Below the pieces are notes generated by a model. It was given only the letters and a program-made list of their open reading frames with translations, was not told the DNA's origin and searched no databases. DNA of 64,000 nucleotides from Planctomycetaceae bacterium (GTDB lineage Bacteria > Planctomycetota > Phycisphaerae > Phycisphaerales > SM1A02). The translations under genes were made by a program, and so were the position numbers. The stretch lies in contig JAJTGK010000004.1 of the NCBI GenBank assembly GCA_021297815.1, positions 542 to 64,541 on the forward strand, written 5' to 3'. Of the stretch, positions 1-7,772 are shown one piece after another (position 1 is the stretch's first letter; each line of letters begins with the position of its first letter).

Positions 1-1039
1 GGCGATGCCGACGAACCTCGGCCTCGTCGAGACGCTGCAGGTCGAGGCGACCGACGACCGCAGCGAGTTCGGCGACTACCGCCCCGAGGCCGTGCCTGCG
101 GTCGCGATCAACCCCGACAGCGACCTGCTCACGGTCGCGCGCGCGGCGGGCATCCTGATCGCCGTCTCGGTGCCGAACGGTGGCACCGTGTCGGGCAGCG
201 CGTCGGCGATCCGTCTCGACGGCTGGACCCCCGAGGACATCGCGATCGACCGCGCGGTCGGCGTGGTCATGACCTGGCCGATGGTCGAGCCTGCGCGCAG
301 CCTCGTCTCGCGCCGCTCGCCCGAGGACCAGAAGCGCCGTGCGAAGGAGGAGCTCGAGAAGATCGGCCGCTTCTTCGACGAGATGAAGGCGATCCTGGCC
401 GCGCGCGCCGCCGACCCGACGGTCGCGCACGACGAACGCGCCGAGGCGATGCGCGATGTGCTCTCGGGCAAGGACCCCGTGATCGTGCAGGTGGGCAGCG
501 CCTCGCAGATCGAGAGCGCCGTCGCGTGGACCAAGGCGCGCGGACTGCGCCTCGTCGTCGTCGGCGGCGACGGCATCGAGCCCGCGATCCCGCTCCTCAA
601 GGCCGAGAAGATCCCCGTGGTCGTGAGCGGCGTGCATCGCCTGCCAGGCAACCGCCACGCGCCCACCGACGAGGCGTATGCGCTGCCGCGCAAGCTCGCC
701 GAGGCGGGCATCCTGTTCTCGATCGCGACCGCCGACGAGCCCGCGCACGAGCGCAACCTGCCGCACCATGCGGCGACGGCCGCGGCGTTCGGCCTCGACC
801 GCGAGGCGGCGCTGCGCGCGGTGACCTCGAATCCCTGCGAGATCGCGGGAATCGGCGACCGCTACGGCTCGCTCGCGCCGCTCAAGAGCGCGACCATGAT
901 CCTGACCCGCGGGCACCCGCTCGAGATCACGAGCGATGTGGCCGCCGCGTGGATCGACGGCCGCACGATCGACCTCTCGTCGCACCAGACGCAGATGAAG
1001 CGGAAGTACGAGGAGAAGCTCGAGCGCGGCGGGAAGTGA
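1..1039 (+). CDS. amidohydrolase-family protein, C-terminal part (5' end outside window)
   Basis: The frame is open to the window edge, with no stop upstream of 5. The 344 aa resemble the C-terminal two thirds of metal-dependent amidohydrolases (..VVSGVHRLPG.., ..ERNLPHHAATAAAFGL.., ..SNPCEIAGIGDRYGSL..). The N-terminal HxH metal motif would lie upstream of the window. Confidence 0.6.
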   Translation, partial: AMPTNLGLVETLQVEATDDRSEFGDYRPEAVPAVAINPDSDLLTVARAAGILIAVSVPNGGTVSGSASAIRLDGWTPEDIAIDRAVGVVMTWPMVEPARSLVSRRSPEDQKRRAKEELEKIGRFFDEMKAILAARAADPTVAHDERAEAMRDVLSGKDPVIVQVGSASQIESAVAWTKARGLRLVVVGGDGIEPAIPLLKAEKIPVVVSGVHRLPGNRHAPTDEAYALPRKLAEAGILFSIATADEPAHERNLPHHAATAAAFGLDREAALRAVTSNPCEIAGIGDRYGSLAPLKSATMILTRGHPLEITSDVAAAWIDGRTIDLSSHQTQMKRKYEEKLERGGK

Positions 1040-1043
1040 CGCG

Positions 1044-1652
1044 CTACCAGCGCAGCTCGCGCTTCGCCGTGAGCGGCTCTCCCGCAAGCGGCGTGAGCTC
1101 GAGCGCGATGCTGATGTCGGCACCCGCCGCAGGAAGCGTCTTCCATGTGGGCGCGAGACGCACCACATACTGCTCGAGCACGGTGTCGTAGAGCTTCGCC
1201 TCGTCGGCCTGCGTGGCCATGGCGATGTTGAACACGCACGCGGCAGGCTCGGCGCCCGCGCCAGAGACGACGATCCGCAGCGCTCCCGCAGCCCGTGCGG
1301 GCGCGCCGAGGTTGTCGAGCGCATCGATGCGCAGGTCGAGCGTGGGCTTCGTGGGGTCCGATCGGTTTACCTGCGAGAGCGCAGACACCTCGAGCCGCAG
1401 CGCACGATGCTGTGCCATCGGCACAGGCGCGGGAGGCTGCGGAAGCTCGGCGGGCTTCGGCGAAGGCGCGGCAGGCAGCTGCTCGGTCGAGGTCGCCGTC
1501 GCCGTGGGCGCGACGGGGGCCCGCATGGCGGGGTCGCGCGACTGCGTGACGCACCCGGTGGCGAACACGGTGGCCGCGACCGCGACGGCGGCGCGCAGAT
1601 GCCAAGAGCAGGGACGGACGGTTCCAAGGGGCCGCATCGGTGGGAGGTACAT
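1044..1652 (-). CDS. putative lipoprotein, unknown function
   Basis: ATG at 1652 (alternative 1637), TAG stop at 1044. The N-terminus MRPLGTVRPCSWHLRAAVAVAATVFATGC is a signal peptide with a lipobox-like Cys, followed by a Pro/Ala-rich linker and a beta-rich domain. The upstream 173 codons of the track ORF are an Arg/Gly-rich shadow. Confidence 0.6.
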   Translation of the reverse strand: MYLPPMRPLGTVRPCSWHLRAAVAVAATVFATGCVTQSRDPAMRAPVAPTATATSTEQLPAAPSPKPAELPQPPAPVPMAQHRALRLEVSALSQVNRSDPTKPTLDLRIDALDNLGAPARAAGALRIVVSGAGAEPAACVFNIAMATQADEAKLYDTVLEQYVVRLAPTWKTLPAAGADISIALELTPLAGEPLTAKRELRW

Positions 1653-1667
1653 CGGTATCCTTCGGCC

Positions 1668-1880
1668 ATGACGCGCAAGAAGCCGCCGAAGTCCCTGTTT
1701 CGGTCCGACATGCCTGCATTGCTGGCGGTGGCCGCCATGGCCACCCTCGGGTGCGCTGTCGGATGCGACTCGACCGATTCCACGGGCAAGCCCGTCTCCA
1801 AGCGCAGCTCGGTGAGCAAGCAGTCGGTCAGCAAGCAGGCGCCCAAGTGGGAGTCGCGCCCCTCGACCGAGTCCAACTAG
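1668..1880 (+). CDS. small putative lipoprotein (70 aa)
   Basis: ATG at 1668 with very high GC3. MTRKKPPKSLFRSDMPALLAVAAMATLGCAVGC has a basic n-region, a hydrophobic core and Cys residues, followed by a Ser/Lys-rich tail. Divergent from 1044..1652. Confidence 0.5.
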   Translation: MTRKKPPKSLFRSDMPALLAVAAMATLGCAVGCDSTDSTGKPVSKRSSVSKQSVSKQAPKWESRPSTESN

Positions 1881-1913
1881 CCCTCGCCCATCGGCCTGTA
1901 TACTCCGACCTCC

Positions 1914-2162
1914 ATGCTCGAAACGACCGCCTTGGAACCAGGGACCCGCGTCCGCGTGACGCAGCAGATGCCCCAGACGCACGGTGTGTGGACCACCACC
2001 ACCGAGGGCGTGGTCTGCCGCTATCGCCAGGCGAAGACGGGCTCGTGGTTCGCCCACGCGAAGGCCGACAGGCTCTGGCTCGACCGGCTCGAGGTCCGCA
2101 AGGACGACGGCGAGCTCGTCACCCTGAACCTCGACCGCTACAGCGTGGTCGAGCAGGCCTGA
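1914..2162 (+). CDS. small conserved-looking hypothetical protein (82 aa)
   Basis: ATG start, high GC3 and a balanced composition with W, Y, K and D, so it is not an Arg/Ala shadow. No family recognised. Confidence 0.55.
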   Translation: MLETTALEPGTRVRVTQQMPQTHGVWTTTTEGVVCRYRQAKTGSWFAHAKADRLWLDRLEVRKDDGELVTLNLDRYSVVEQA

Positions 2163-2174
2163 CCGCCCCACATC

Positions 2175-3461
2175 TCAGTGACGCGCCGGCTCCCTGAACT
2201 GCAGGGCGCTCTTGCCGATCGTGCACATCGAGAGGCCCGTGCGCCAGCCCGAACCCATCGAGGCGCAGATCCACGCGTTCAGGCGGTCGAGCGTGACCGC
2301 ATCGACTTCGGCGGCCAGTTCGTCGAGCGAACGGCAGCGGCCGAGCCTGTACCAGTCGCTTGCAAGCGCCGCGGCGCGCGCGCTCGTGCTCTCGCCCTGC
2401 ATCACGAGCCTGCTCTTCAGGCCCGTCACGCTGCGGCGGAACTCGCCCTCGGCCACGCCATGCTCGAAGCGCTCGAGCTCGTGCATGATCGTGTCGAGCG
2501 TCTCCTGCGCGCGTTCGGGCGTGCTGCCCGCGTACACGGCCACCATGCCGCGGTCGCGGCCACCCGCGTACCCCGCGTTCACCGAATAGCACAGGCCGCG
2601 CTTCTCGCGCACCTCGATGAAGAGGCGGCTCGAGGATTCGCCGCCGAGGATGTTGGTCGCCAGGCGGCAGAGGAGCGACTCGAACTCCTTCTCGCTGGGC
2701 GCGTCGAGGCCGATGGCAAGGTGCGTCTGATTCGACTCGTCGTCCTCGTGGCGCATGCCGCCACGCCGCTCTCCTGCGGCGACGACTTCGCGTGCCTCGC
2801 CGCTCCAGCCCGCGAGCAGGCGGTCGAGCTTCGAGGCGAGCGCGTCGGCGTCGACATCGCCCGCGATGGCGAGAATCGATCCCACGGGCCGCGCCCGCGC
2901 GTTCCAGTGCTCGAGCAGCGCGTCATGGGTTGCGCGCTCGTACGCCGTGCGGTTGCCGTAGCCCGTGCGGTCGAACGGCGGCGGAAGATGGATCTCGCGG
3001 AGCCGCAGGCCCACACGGTGCTGGGGGTCGTCCTGCAGCGACTCGAGCGACTGCACGGCGAGGCTTCGCACCGCATCGAGGCTCTCGGCGGGCAGATGCG
3101 GGCGCAGCGCGAGGTCGGCCAGCAGCGGGAGCGCCTCGTCGATGCGCGAGGCGATCGTGGTCGCCGAGATCACGGTGTGCACCACCGCGGGCGTGACCGA
3201 CCGCTGCACGCCCGCACGGTCGAGGGCGTCGGAGAACTCGCGGCTCGATCGGCCGCCCGCGCCGCGCTGCGCGAGCTCGGCGAGCATGCTCGACCATCCG
3301 TCGCCCGCCTCGCCCTCGGGGTCGGCGGCGTTGCCCACGGGAATCAGCCAGCTGATGGCCGCGGTCCGTACCCCGCTCATCCTTTCGACGAGAAGCGGCA
3401 TGCCGCAGGCGAGTGTGCGCACGGAAATCGGGGAGGGCGGGCTGCCAGCGGCGGTCGGCAT
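2175..3461 (-). CDS. M16 (pitrilysin/insulinase) family peptidase-like protein, probably non-catalytic
   Basis: Two-lobed M16-like sequence. The region ..GNAADPEGEAGDGWSSMLAELAQRGAG.. aligns to the zinc-site segment, but HxxEH is replaced by SMLAEL. ATG 3461 (MPTAAGS..) was chosen; the track ORF runs to 3545. Confidence 0.7.
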   Translation of the reverse strand: MPTAAGSPPSPISVRTLACGMPLLVERMSGVRTAAISWLIPVGNAADPEGEAGDGWSSMLAELAQRGAGGRSSREFSDALDRAGVQRSVTPAVVHTVISATTIASRIDEALPLLADLALRPHLPAESLDAVRSLAVQSLESLQDDPQHRVGLRLREIHLPPPFDRTGYGNRTAYERATHDALLEHWNARARPVGSILAIAGDVDADALASKLDRLLAGWSGEAREVVAAGERRGGMRHEDDESNQTHLAIGLDAPSEKEFESLLCRLATNILGGESSSRLFIEVREKRGLCYSVNAGYAGGRDRGMVAVYAGSTPERAQETLDTIMHELERFEHGVAEGEFRRSVTGLKSRLVMQGESTSARAAALASDWYRLGRCRSLDELAAEVDAVTLDRLNAWICASMGSGWRTGLSMCTIGKSALQFREPARH

Positions 3462-3736
3462 GGGGTGCGGATCGTAGTGGTTGTGGCGTTCGCGCCGCGG
3501 TCGGCGCGCCGCAGTCGCTCGGAATGGCGCGCGAGCGGCCTTCATACGCCCCCTCCCCGAGGCCTCTCAGGCGATTTCCGCGTGCCAATCGGCCTCGCGC
3601 ATGCCGACTTCGGGGGCATTCGCCCAAGTTCGGGCCAAGAACCGCCGATGACACCGATTGGTTCGAGGGTGTTTGAGCCACATGCGACCGTCGTTTGGCC
3701 CACGCGGGCCGTCGCGGGGCACGGACCAGAGACGCC

Positions 3737-4201
3737 ATGCGACCCATCCACGCCATCATCGACCTGCTCGTGATCCTCGTCGTCGCCGCGGGGCTTGGCT
3801 TCGCGATCCACCTCTATCAGGAGAGCCTCGAGCGCAAGTCGGCCATCGAATCGACGCAGGCGGCCATCGTCTCCATCGAGGCCGAGATCGGCATCCGATC
3901 GGCGCTCGCCAACGCGACGCTCAACGAGTTCGGCCATCCGCCTAGCATCGACCCCGAGTGGTTCAGCGGCCTCGAGCCGCGCAACGCGCTCGCGCCCGTC
4001 ACCGCGCCGTGGATCGAGATCGCCCTTGAGGCCGAACTCGGCCGCGACCACCCGAAGAACCCCACCTTCCATGGGGGTCGCGGAGCCATGTTCTGGTACA
4101 ACCCGAACAAGGGCATCGTGCGCGCCAGGGTTCCCGAGCAGGTGAGCGATGCGTCCGCCCGCGAGCTCTACGGCCAGATCAACGGCGTGAACTGGTACTG
4201 A
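3737..4201 (+). CDS. membrane-anchored hypothetical protein
   Basis: ATG 3737. MRPIHAIIDLLVILVVAAGLGFAI forms an N-terminal TM anchor, followed by a soluble domain. Coding-like composition. Confidence 0.6.
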   Translation: MRPIHAIIDLLVILVVAAGLGFAIHLYQESLERKSAIESTQAAIVSIEAEIGIRSALANATLNEFGHPPSIDPEWFSGLEPRNALAPVTAPWIEIALEAELGRDHPKNPTFHGGRGAMFWYNPNKGIVRARVPEQVSDASARELYGQINGVNWY

Positions 4202-4225
4202 GCCCTCCGACACCGCAAAAACGAC

Positions 4226-4254
4226 CCGAAGGCGCCCCTCGAGGGCGCCTTCGG
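4226..4254. terminator. bidirectional intrinsic terminator between convergent genes
   Basis: 12-bp perfect stem CCGAAGGCGCCC / GGGCGCCTTCGG (4226..4237 and 4243..4254). It is flanked by an A-run upstream (gcaaaaacga) and catttc downstream. Confidence 0.75.
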
Positions 4255-4300
4255 TGCATTTCGGGTTCGGGCCACCGCTCCGGAGGCCGCGTCCAAGCGA

Positions 4301-4567
4301 TCAGCCCTTCGACTTGAAGTAGTCGATGTTGATCTGGATGTACTTCCGCCATTCGGCAGGCACATCGTCCTGCGGGAAGATCGCCTGCACGGGGCACTCG
4401 TCGACGCACAGGCCGCAGTCGATGCAGGTGTCGGGGTCGATGTAGAGCTGCTGCTGGGCGCCGTGGTCGCCCTCCTTCTTGGTCGGGTGGATGCAGTCGA
4501 CGGGGCACACCTCGACGCACGCGGTGTCCTTGGTTCCGATGCACGGCTCTGTGATCACATGCGCCAT
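4301..4567 (-). CDS. fdxA: 7Fe-type ferredoxin ([3Fe-4S][4Fe-4S])
   Basis: MAHVITEPCIGTKDTACVEVCPVDCI...CIDCGLCVDECPVQAIF matches the FdxA cysteine pattern. ATG at 4567; the upstream part of the track ORF is a shadow. Confidence 0.9.
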   Translation of the reverse strand: MAHVITEPCIGTKDTACVEVCPVDCIHPTKKEGDHGAQQQLYIDPDTCIDCGLCVDECPVQAIFPQDDVPAEWRKYIQINIDYFKSKG

Positions 4568-4712
4568 GTGGTTCGCGCTCCTCTCTCGATCGATGGCTCT
4601 CTGAACACTCGCACACGCCGCATGCGCGCGTCGCGCGGCACACGGGACGGCGGATGATAGTCGGCGCGGGGCACGCAAAAACCTCGGTGAAACGGCTGAG
4701 ATCCGCGCAGTC

Positions 4713-4747
4713 CAAAAATGCCGGAGGCCGCCTATGCGGCGGCCTCC
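4713..4747 (-). terminator. intrinsic terminator of the 31-aa basic protein gene
   Basis: 10-bp perfect stem GGAGGCCGCC / GGCGGCCTCC (4723..4732 and 4738..4747), followed on the minus strand by GGCAUUUUUGG. Confidence 0.8.
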
Positions 4748-4770
4748 AAGCATCGTTCAATGCGAAAGGC

Positions 4771-4866
4771 TCACTTCTTCTTGCCGGCCTTCTTGGCGGT
4801 CTTCTTGGCGGCCTTCTTCGCGGTCTTCTTCGCGGCCTTCTTCGCCGCCTTCTTCTTTGCAGCCAT
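4771..4866 (-). CDS. 31-aa Lys/Ala-repeat basic protein (histone H1-like / Hc1-like)
   Basis: MAAKKKAAKKAAKKTAKKAAKKTAKKAGKKK. There is an AAGGGAG Shine-Dalgarno 7 nt upstream of ATG 4866 and a strong terminator directly downstream. Confidence 0.7.
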   Translation of the reverse strand: MAAKKKAAKKAAKKTAKKAAKKTAKKAGKKK

Positions 4867-4945
4867 TGTTGGCTCCCTTGCTTGGTTACGCTCTTGGTGT
4901 CGGAGTGAGGCGACTGCCGGCGTAACGGAGCCGTCGCCACTTGGA

Positions 4946-4974
4946 GTTATACACACATCGGACACATGTGAAAA
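4946..4974 (-). promoter_or_regulatory. candidate sigma70-like promoter for the 31-aa gene
   Basis: On the minus strand, TTTTCA (4969..4974), a 17-bp spacer, then TATAAC (4946..4951), about 80 nt upstream of ATG 4866. Promoter rules for this lineage are uncertain. Confidence 0.25.
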
Positions 4975-5070
4975 GGCACTTGACAGAAAAGTGCCTCATG
5001 ATTCTGCGAGAGGTGGTTCGACGGTCGCCATGCGGGTGCCGCGACACCATCGCAAGGTTGGATTCGAACG

Positions 5071-5754
5071 ATGACCATCAGACTCGCGCTCGTCGGTGCT
5101 TCAGGTCGCATGGGAAGCCGCATCGATGCATTGGCGGCTGCCGATCCAGCGCTTTCGGTGGTGGCGCGCATCGACCAAGGGTCGCCTTCGACGGCTGTCG
5201 CCAAGGGTTCCGTCGATGCGGTGATCGACTTCTCGAGCGAGGCGGGCGCGCGCGTGGCCATGGAGGTCGCCCGCGCAAGCGGTGCGGCGCTTCTCGTCGG
5301 CACGACGGGCCTCTCGAAGGCCGTCGAAGCCGAGCTGAAGGCCCTCTCAGCCAGCAATGCGGTGCTCGTGGCGGCCAACACCTCGCTCGGGGTGGCGGTG
5401 ACGCGGCGCCTGGCGCGGCTTGCCGCCGAACTGCTCGGGCCGCACGGCTGGTCGGTCGATGTCGTCGAGAGCCATCACGACCGCAAGAAGGACGCGCCCT
5501 CGGGAACGGCGCTCGCCATCGCGCGGAGCCTCGAGGATGGCGGCATGCCTGTCGCGGCCGACCGCATCCACGCGATCCGCGCGGGCGACACCATCGGAGA
5601 GCATGAAATCCGCCTTGCAGGCCCTGCGGAGCGCATCCACATCGTGCATCAGGCGGTCACGCGCGACCTCTTCGCCGCGGGCGCATTGCGCGCGGCGCGA
5701 TGGCTCGCGGGGCGGCCCGCGGGGTGGTATTCGATCGAGGATTCGCTTGGCTGA
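5071..5754 (+). CDS. dapB: 4-hydroxy-tetrahydrodipicolinate reductase
   Basis: N-terminal GASGRMG Rossmann motif and the ESHHDRKKDAPSGTAL signature (E. coli has EAHHRHKVDAPSGTAL). Confidence 0.92.
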   Translation: MTIRLALVGASGRMGSRIDALAAADPALSVVARIDQGSPSTAVAKGSVDAVIDFSSEAGARVAMEVARASGAALLVGTTGLSKAVEAELKALSASNAVLVAANTSLGVAVTRRLARLAAELLGPHGWSVDVVESHHDRKKDAPSGTALAIARSLEDGGMPVAADRIHAIRAGDTIGEHEIRLAGPAERIHIVHQAVTRDLFAAGALRAARWLAGRPAGWYSIEDSLG

Positions 5755-5775
5755 CGCGGCTGGCCGCGGCGACCG

Positions 5776-6234
5776 TCACGCGGCCTTGCGCGTCTCGTCG
5801 GCGTCGTCCGAATGCGTCGTCTTCGACGGCGCGTCGGGGCGCTCGTGCCAGTCTTCCGCGCGCCCGCCGAGGTTGAGCTCGCTGGGCATGGTCTTCCGGT
5901 AGCCGAGCTTGCGGACGATCTCAAGGACATCGGTCCAGGTGGGGAAGGTCTTGCCGTTCACGCGCTTGAAGGCGTCGATCGCCATCAGGAACATGAACTG
6001 CTCCTTGTTCATCTCGCCTTCCTCGGCGTCGCGCACGAAATCGCTCAGGCGACGGCCGGGTCCGCGGCGGCGCTCGAGGTTGGTGGGCGACGCGAGCTCG
6101 GTCTGGCGGCGATCGAGTCCCAGCCTGCGGTCGACGACGCTGCCCGAGCGCGGGTCGGCGGCATGGATGCCCTCGACGAACCCTTCGGTGCTGCTGTCGG
6201 TGCCTTCGTCGCCGTTCGTCGTGTGGTTGCCCAT
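5776..6234 (-). CDS. hypothetical protein with Arg-rich DRR/ERRR N-terminal half
   Basis: ATG start. The C-terminal segment MNKEQFMFLMAIDAFKRVNGKTFPTWTDVLEIVRKLGYRK looks globular and coding. No family recognised. Confidence 0.6.
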   Translation of the reverse strand: MGNHTTNGDEGTDSSTEGFVEGIHAADPRSGSVVDRRLGLDRRQTELASPTNLERRRGPGRRLSDFVRDAEEGEMNKEQFMFLMAIDAFKRVNGKTFPTWTDVLEIVRKLGYRKTMPSELNLGGRAEDWHERPDAPSKTTHSDDADETRKAA

Positions 6235-6453
6235 GGTGGCCTCGTTCCGTGCCGCGGCACCGCGCTCAACGCGCGCATGCGACCGCTACACTGCCGATCT
6301 GATCGACCCCAAGGGGGGCCGACTTCAGCCGAACCCGCAGGAACCGCACGGGCCGTGCAGATGGCACGCGCGGACCACGCTCCGCGACAGTTTCCGACCA
6401 CCCGGACACCGACCTTGTCCAGCACCCAGAGCCCATCCAGCAGCGCGGGATCC

Positions 6454-6939
6454 ATGAACTTCCGCCCCATCGGCGCCCTGCTCGGGTGGCTGTTTCCGGG
6501 GCTTGGGCACATCGCGGCGGGCAACACGCGCCGCGGCCTCTACGCGATGGCGGGCGTGATGCTGCTCTTCGTGAGCGGCCTGCTCGTTGGCGGCCTCGAC
6601 TGCGTCGACCGCACCGAGGACTCGCTCTGGTTCATCGGGCAGGCGGGAAGCGGGCCGATCGCGTTCGCGGCGAGCTTCGCCAACGACGCGCTGCTCAAGT
6701 CGGGCTCGGTGGGCGAGATGATCACCATGCCCGCGCCGCCGAACGCCCCGAAGGTGTTCGCGAACACCTACAAGGGCCTGGCGCATGCGAACGAGTTCGG
6801 CACGCTGCTCGTGTTCCTCGCGGGCCTGCTGAATGTGTGCGTGCTGCTCGACGCCGCGGTGCGCGAGCCGAAGAGCGACGGCACGACCTCGGGCCGCCGC
6901 ACGGGTGATCCCAGGGTGAAGCCGGAGGGCATGCCATGA
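6454..6939 (+). CDS. multi-pass membrane protein (DUF-type, GWLFPGLGH motif)
   Basis: ATG 6454, computed from the track ORF 5812..6939. It has 3-4 hydrophobic helices, and its stop overlaps the next ATG (ATGA). Confidence 0.65.
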   Translation: MNFRPIGALLGWLFPGLGHIAAGNTRRGLYAMAGVMLLFVSGLLVGGLDCVDRTEDSLWFIGQAGSGPIAFAASFANDALLKSGSVGEMITMPAPPNAPKVFANTYKGLAHANEFGTLLVFLAGLLNVCVLLDAAVREPKSDGTTSGRRTGDPRVKPEGMP

Positions 6940-7187
6940 CCTCCCTGCTCGCCTGGACACCGTTCCTGCAGCCCGCCCCCGAAGTGGACTCGTGGTGGTG
7001 GCTGCTCATCATCCCGACCGCGGTCGGCATCGCCCTGGCCTACACCTCGATCCGCTCGAGGACGGTCGCCGCGATTCCGCGCGAGGCCCTCGTCATGACG
7101 CTGCAGATCATCGCCGCGGTCGTGGGCATCGCGATCGGGCTCTACCTGCTCGTCATGGTGCTGCTGCCGATGCTGCCCGCCGAGTGA
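6936..7187 (+). CDS. small two-helix membrane protein (83 aa)
   Basis: ATG overlaps the preceding stop. Two clear TM helices (WWWLLIIPTAVGIALAY, IIAAVVGIAIGLYLLVMVLL). Confidence 0.55.
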   Translation: MTSLLAWTPFLQPAPEVDSWWWLLIIPTAVGIALAYTSIRSRTVAAIPREALVMTLQIIAAVVGIAIGLYLLVMVLLPMLPAE

Positions 7188-7755
7188 CGCGGCGCGCGAG
7201 CGCGATCATGGCCCACGCGCAGGCCGCGAAGCACGCGGTGTCGACCAGCACGCCTCCCCAGAGGATGCGGCGCTCGCCCGGGCCGCCCGCGCGGTTTCGC
7301 TGCAGGAAGTCCTCGGCCGCGTACACGATGCTCGTGTCCTGGTCATCGAGCGCGGCCGGCATGGGGAAGTTCTGCTTCGTCGTCGACACGGTCCAGCGCA
7401 GGCTGAGGATCGGTTGCGGGAAGCCGAGCGCGAGCGTCGCCACGCGATAGATCGGCCCTTCGGGGTACGGCGGTGGCGGCGGCTCGGCCCACGCGGGCAG
7501 CTCGCCGTCGACGATCGGCGACGAGAGCGTCTCGTCCATCAGCTGCAGGTTCGACCACCACATGCCGAACACGGCGTCGCGCGAGTTCCACCATCCGTGG
7601 ACGCCGCGATGGATGGTCGTGATGCGCGCGCCGTTGCCGCGCTCGATGAAGAGCGGCGGCAGGAAGGCGCAGGCCAGCGTGGCGAGGAGCCCGATGGCTG
7701 CAGGAATGGCGATCGACGCGGCGATTCGGCGGACGGAAGCCGTCATGCGGCGCAT
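7153..7755 (-). CDS. membrane-anchored hypothetical protein
   Basis: ATG 7755 (MRRMTASVRRIAASIAIPAAIGLLATLACAF is a TM or signal anchor), with a second hydrophobic helix near the C-terminus. The 3' end overlaps 6936..7187 by 35 nt. Confidence 0.55.
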   Translation of the reverse strand: MRRMTASVRRIAASIAIPAAIGLLATLACAFLPPLFIERGNGARITTIHRGVHGWWNSRDAVFGMWWSNLQLMDETLSSPIVDGELPAWAEPPPPPYPEGPIYRVATLALGFPQPILSLRWTVSTTKQNFPMPAALDDQDTSIVYAAEDFLQRNRAGGPGERRILWGGVLVDTACFAACAWAMIALARRVTRRAASAAAP

Positions 7756-7772
7756 TGTGCGATACTCCACGC

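Noticed and set aside
1213-1719. Several 80-285-aa ORFs in multiple frames around 0.5-2.6 kb, and similar stacks elsewhere
   Set aside because: They are Arg/Ala/Pro/Gly-dominated translations overlapping better-supported genes. They show no start context and no motifs.
7153-7187. 35-nt overlap of the 3' ends of convergent genes 6936..7187 and 7153..7755
   Set aside because: This is probably genuine or reflects the slightly uncertain reality of the 83-aa gene. It is not evidence of a frameshift or pseudogene.
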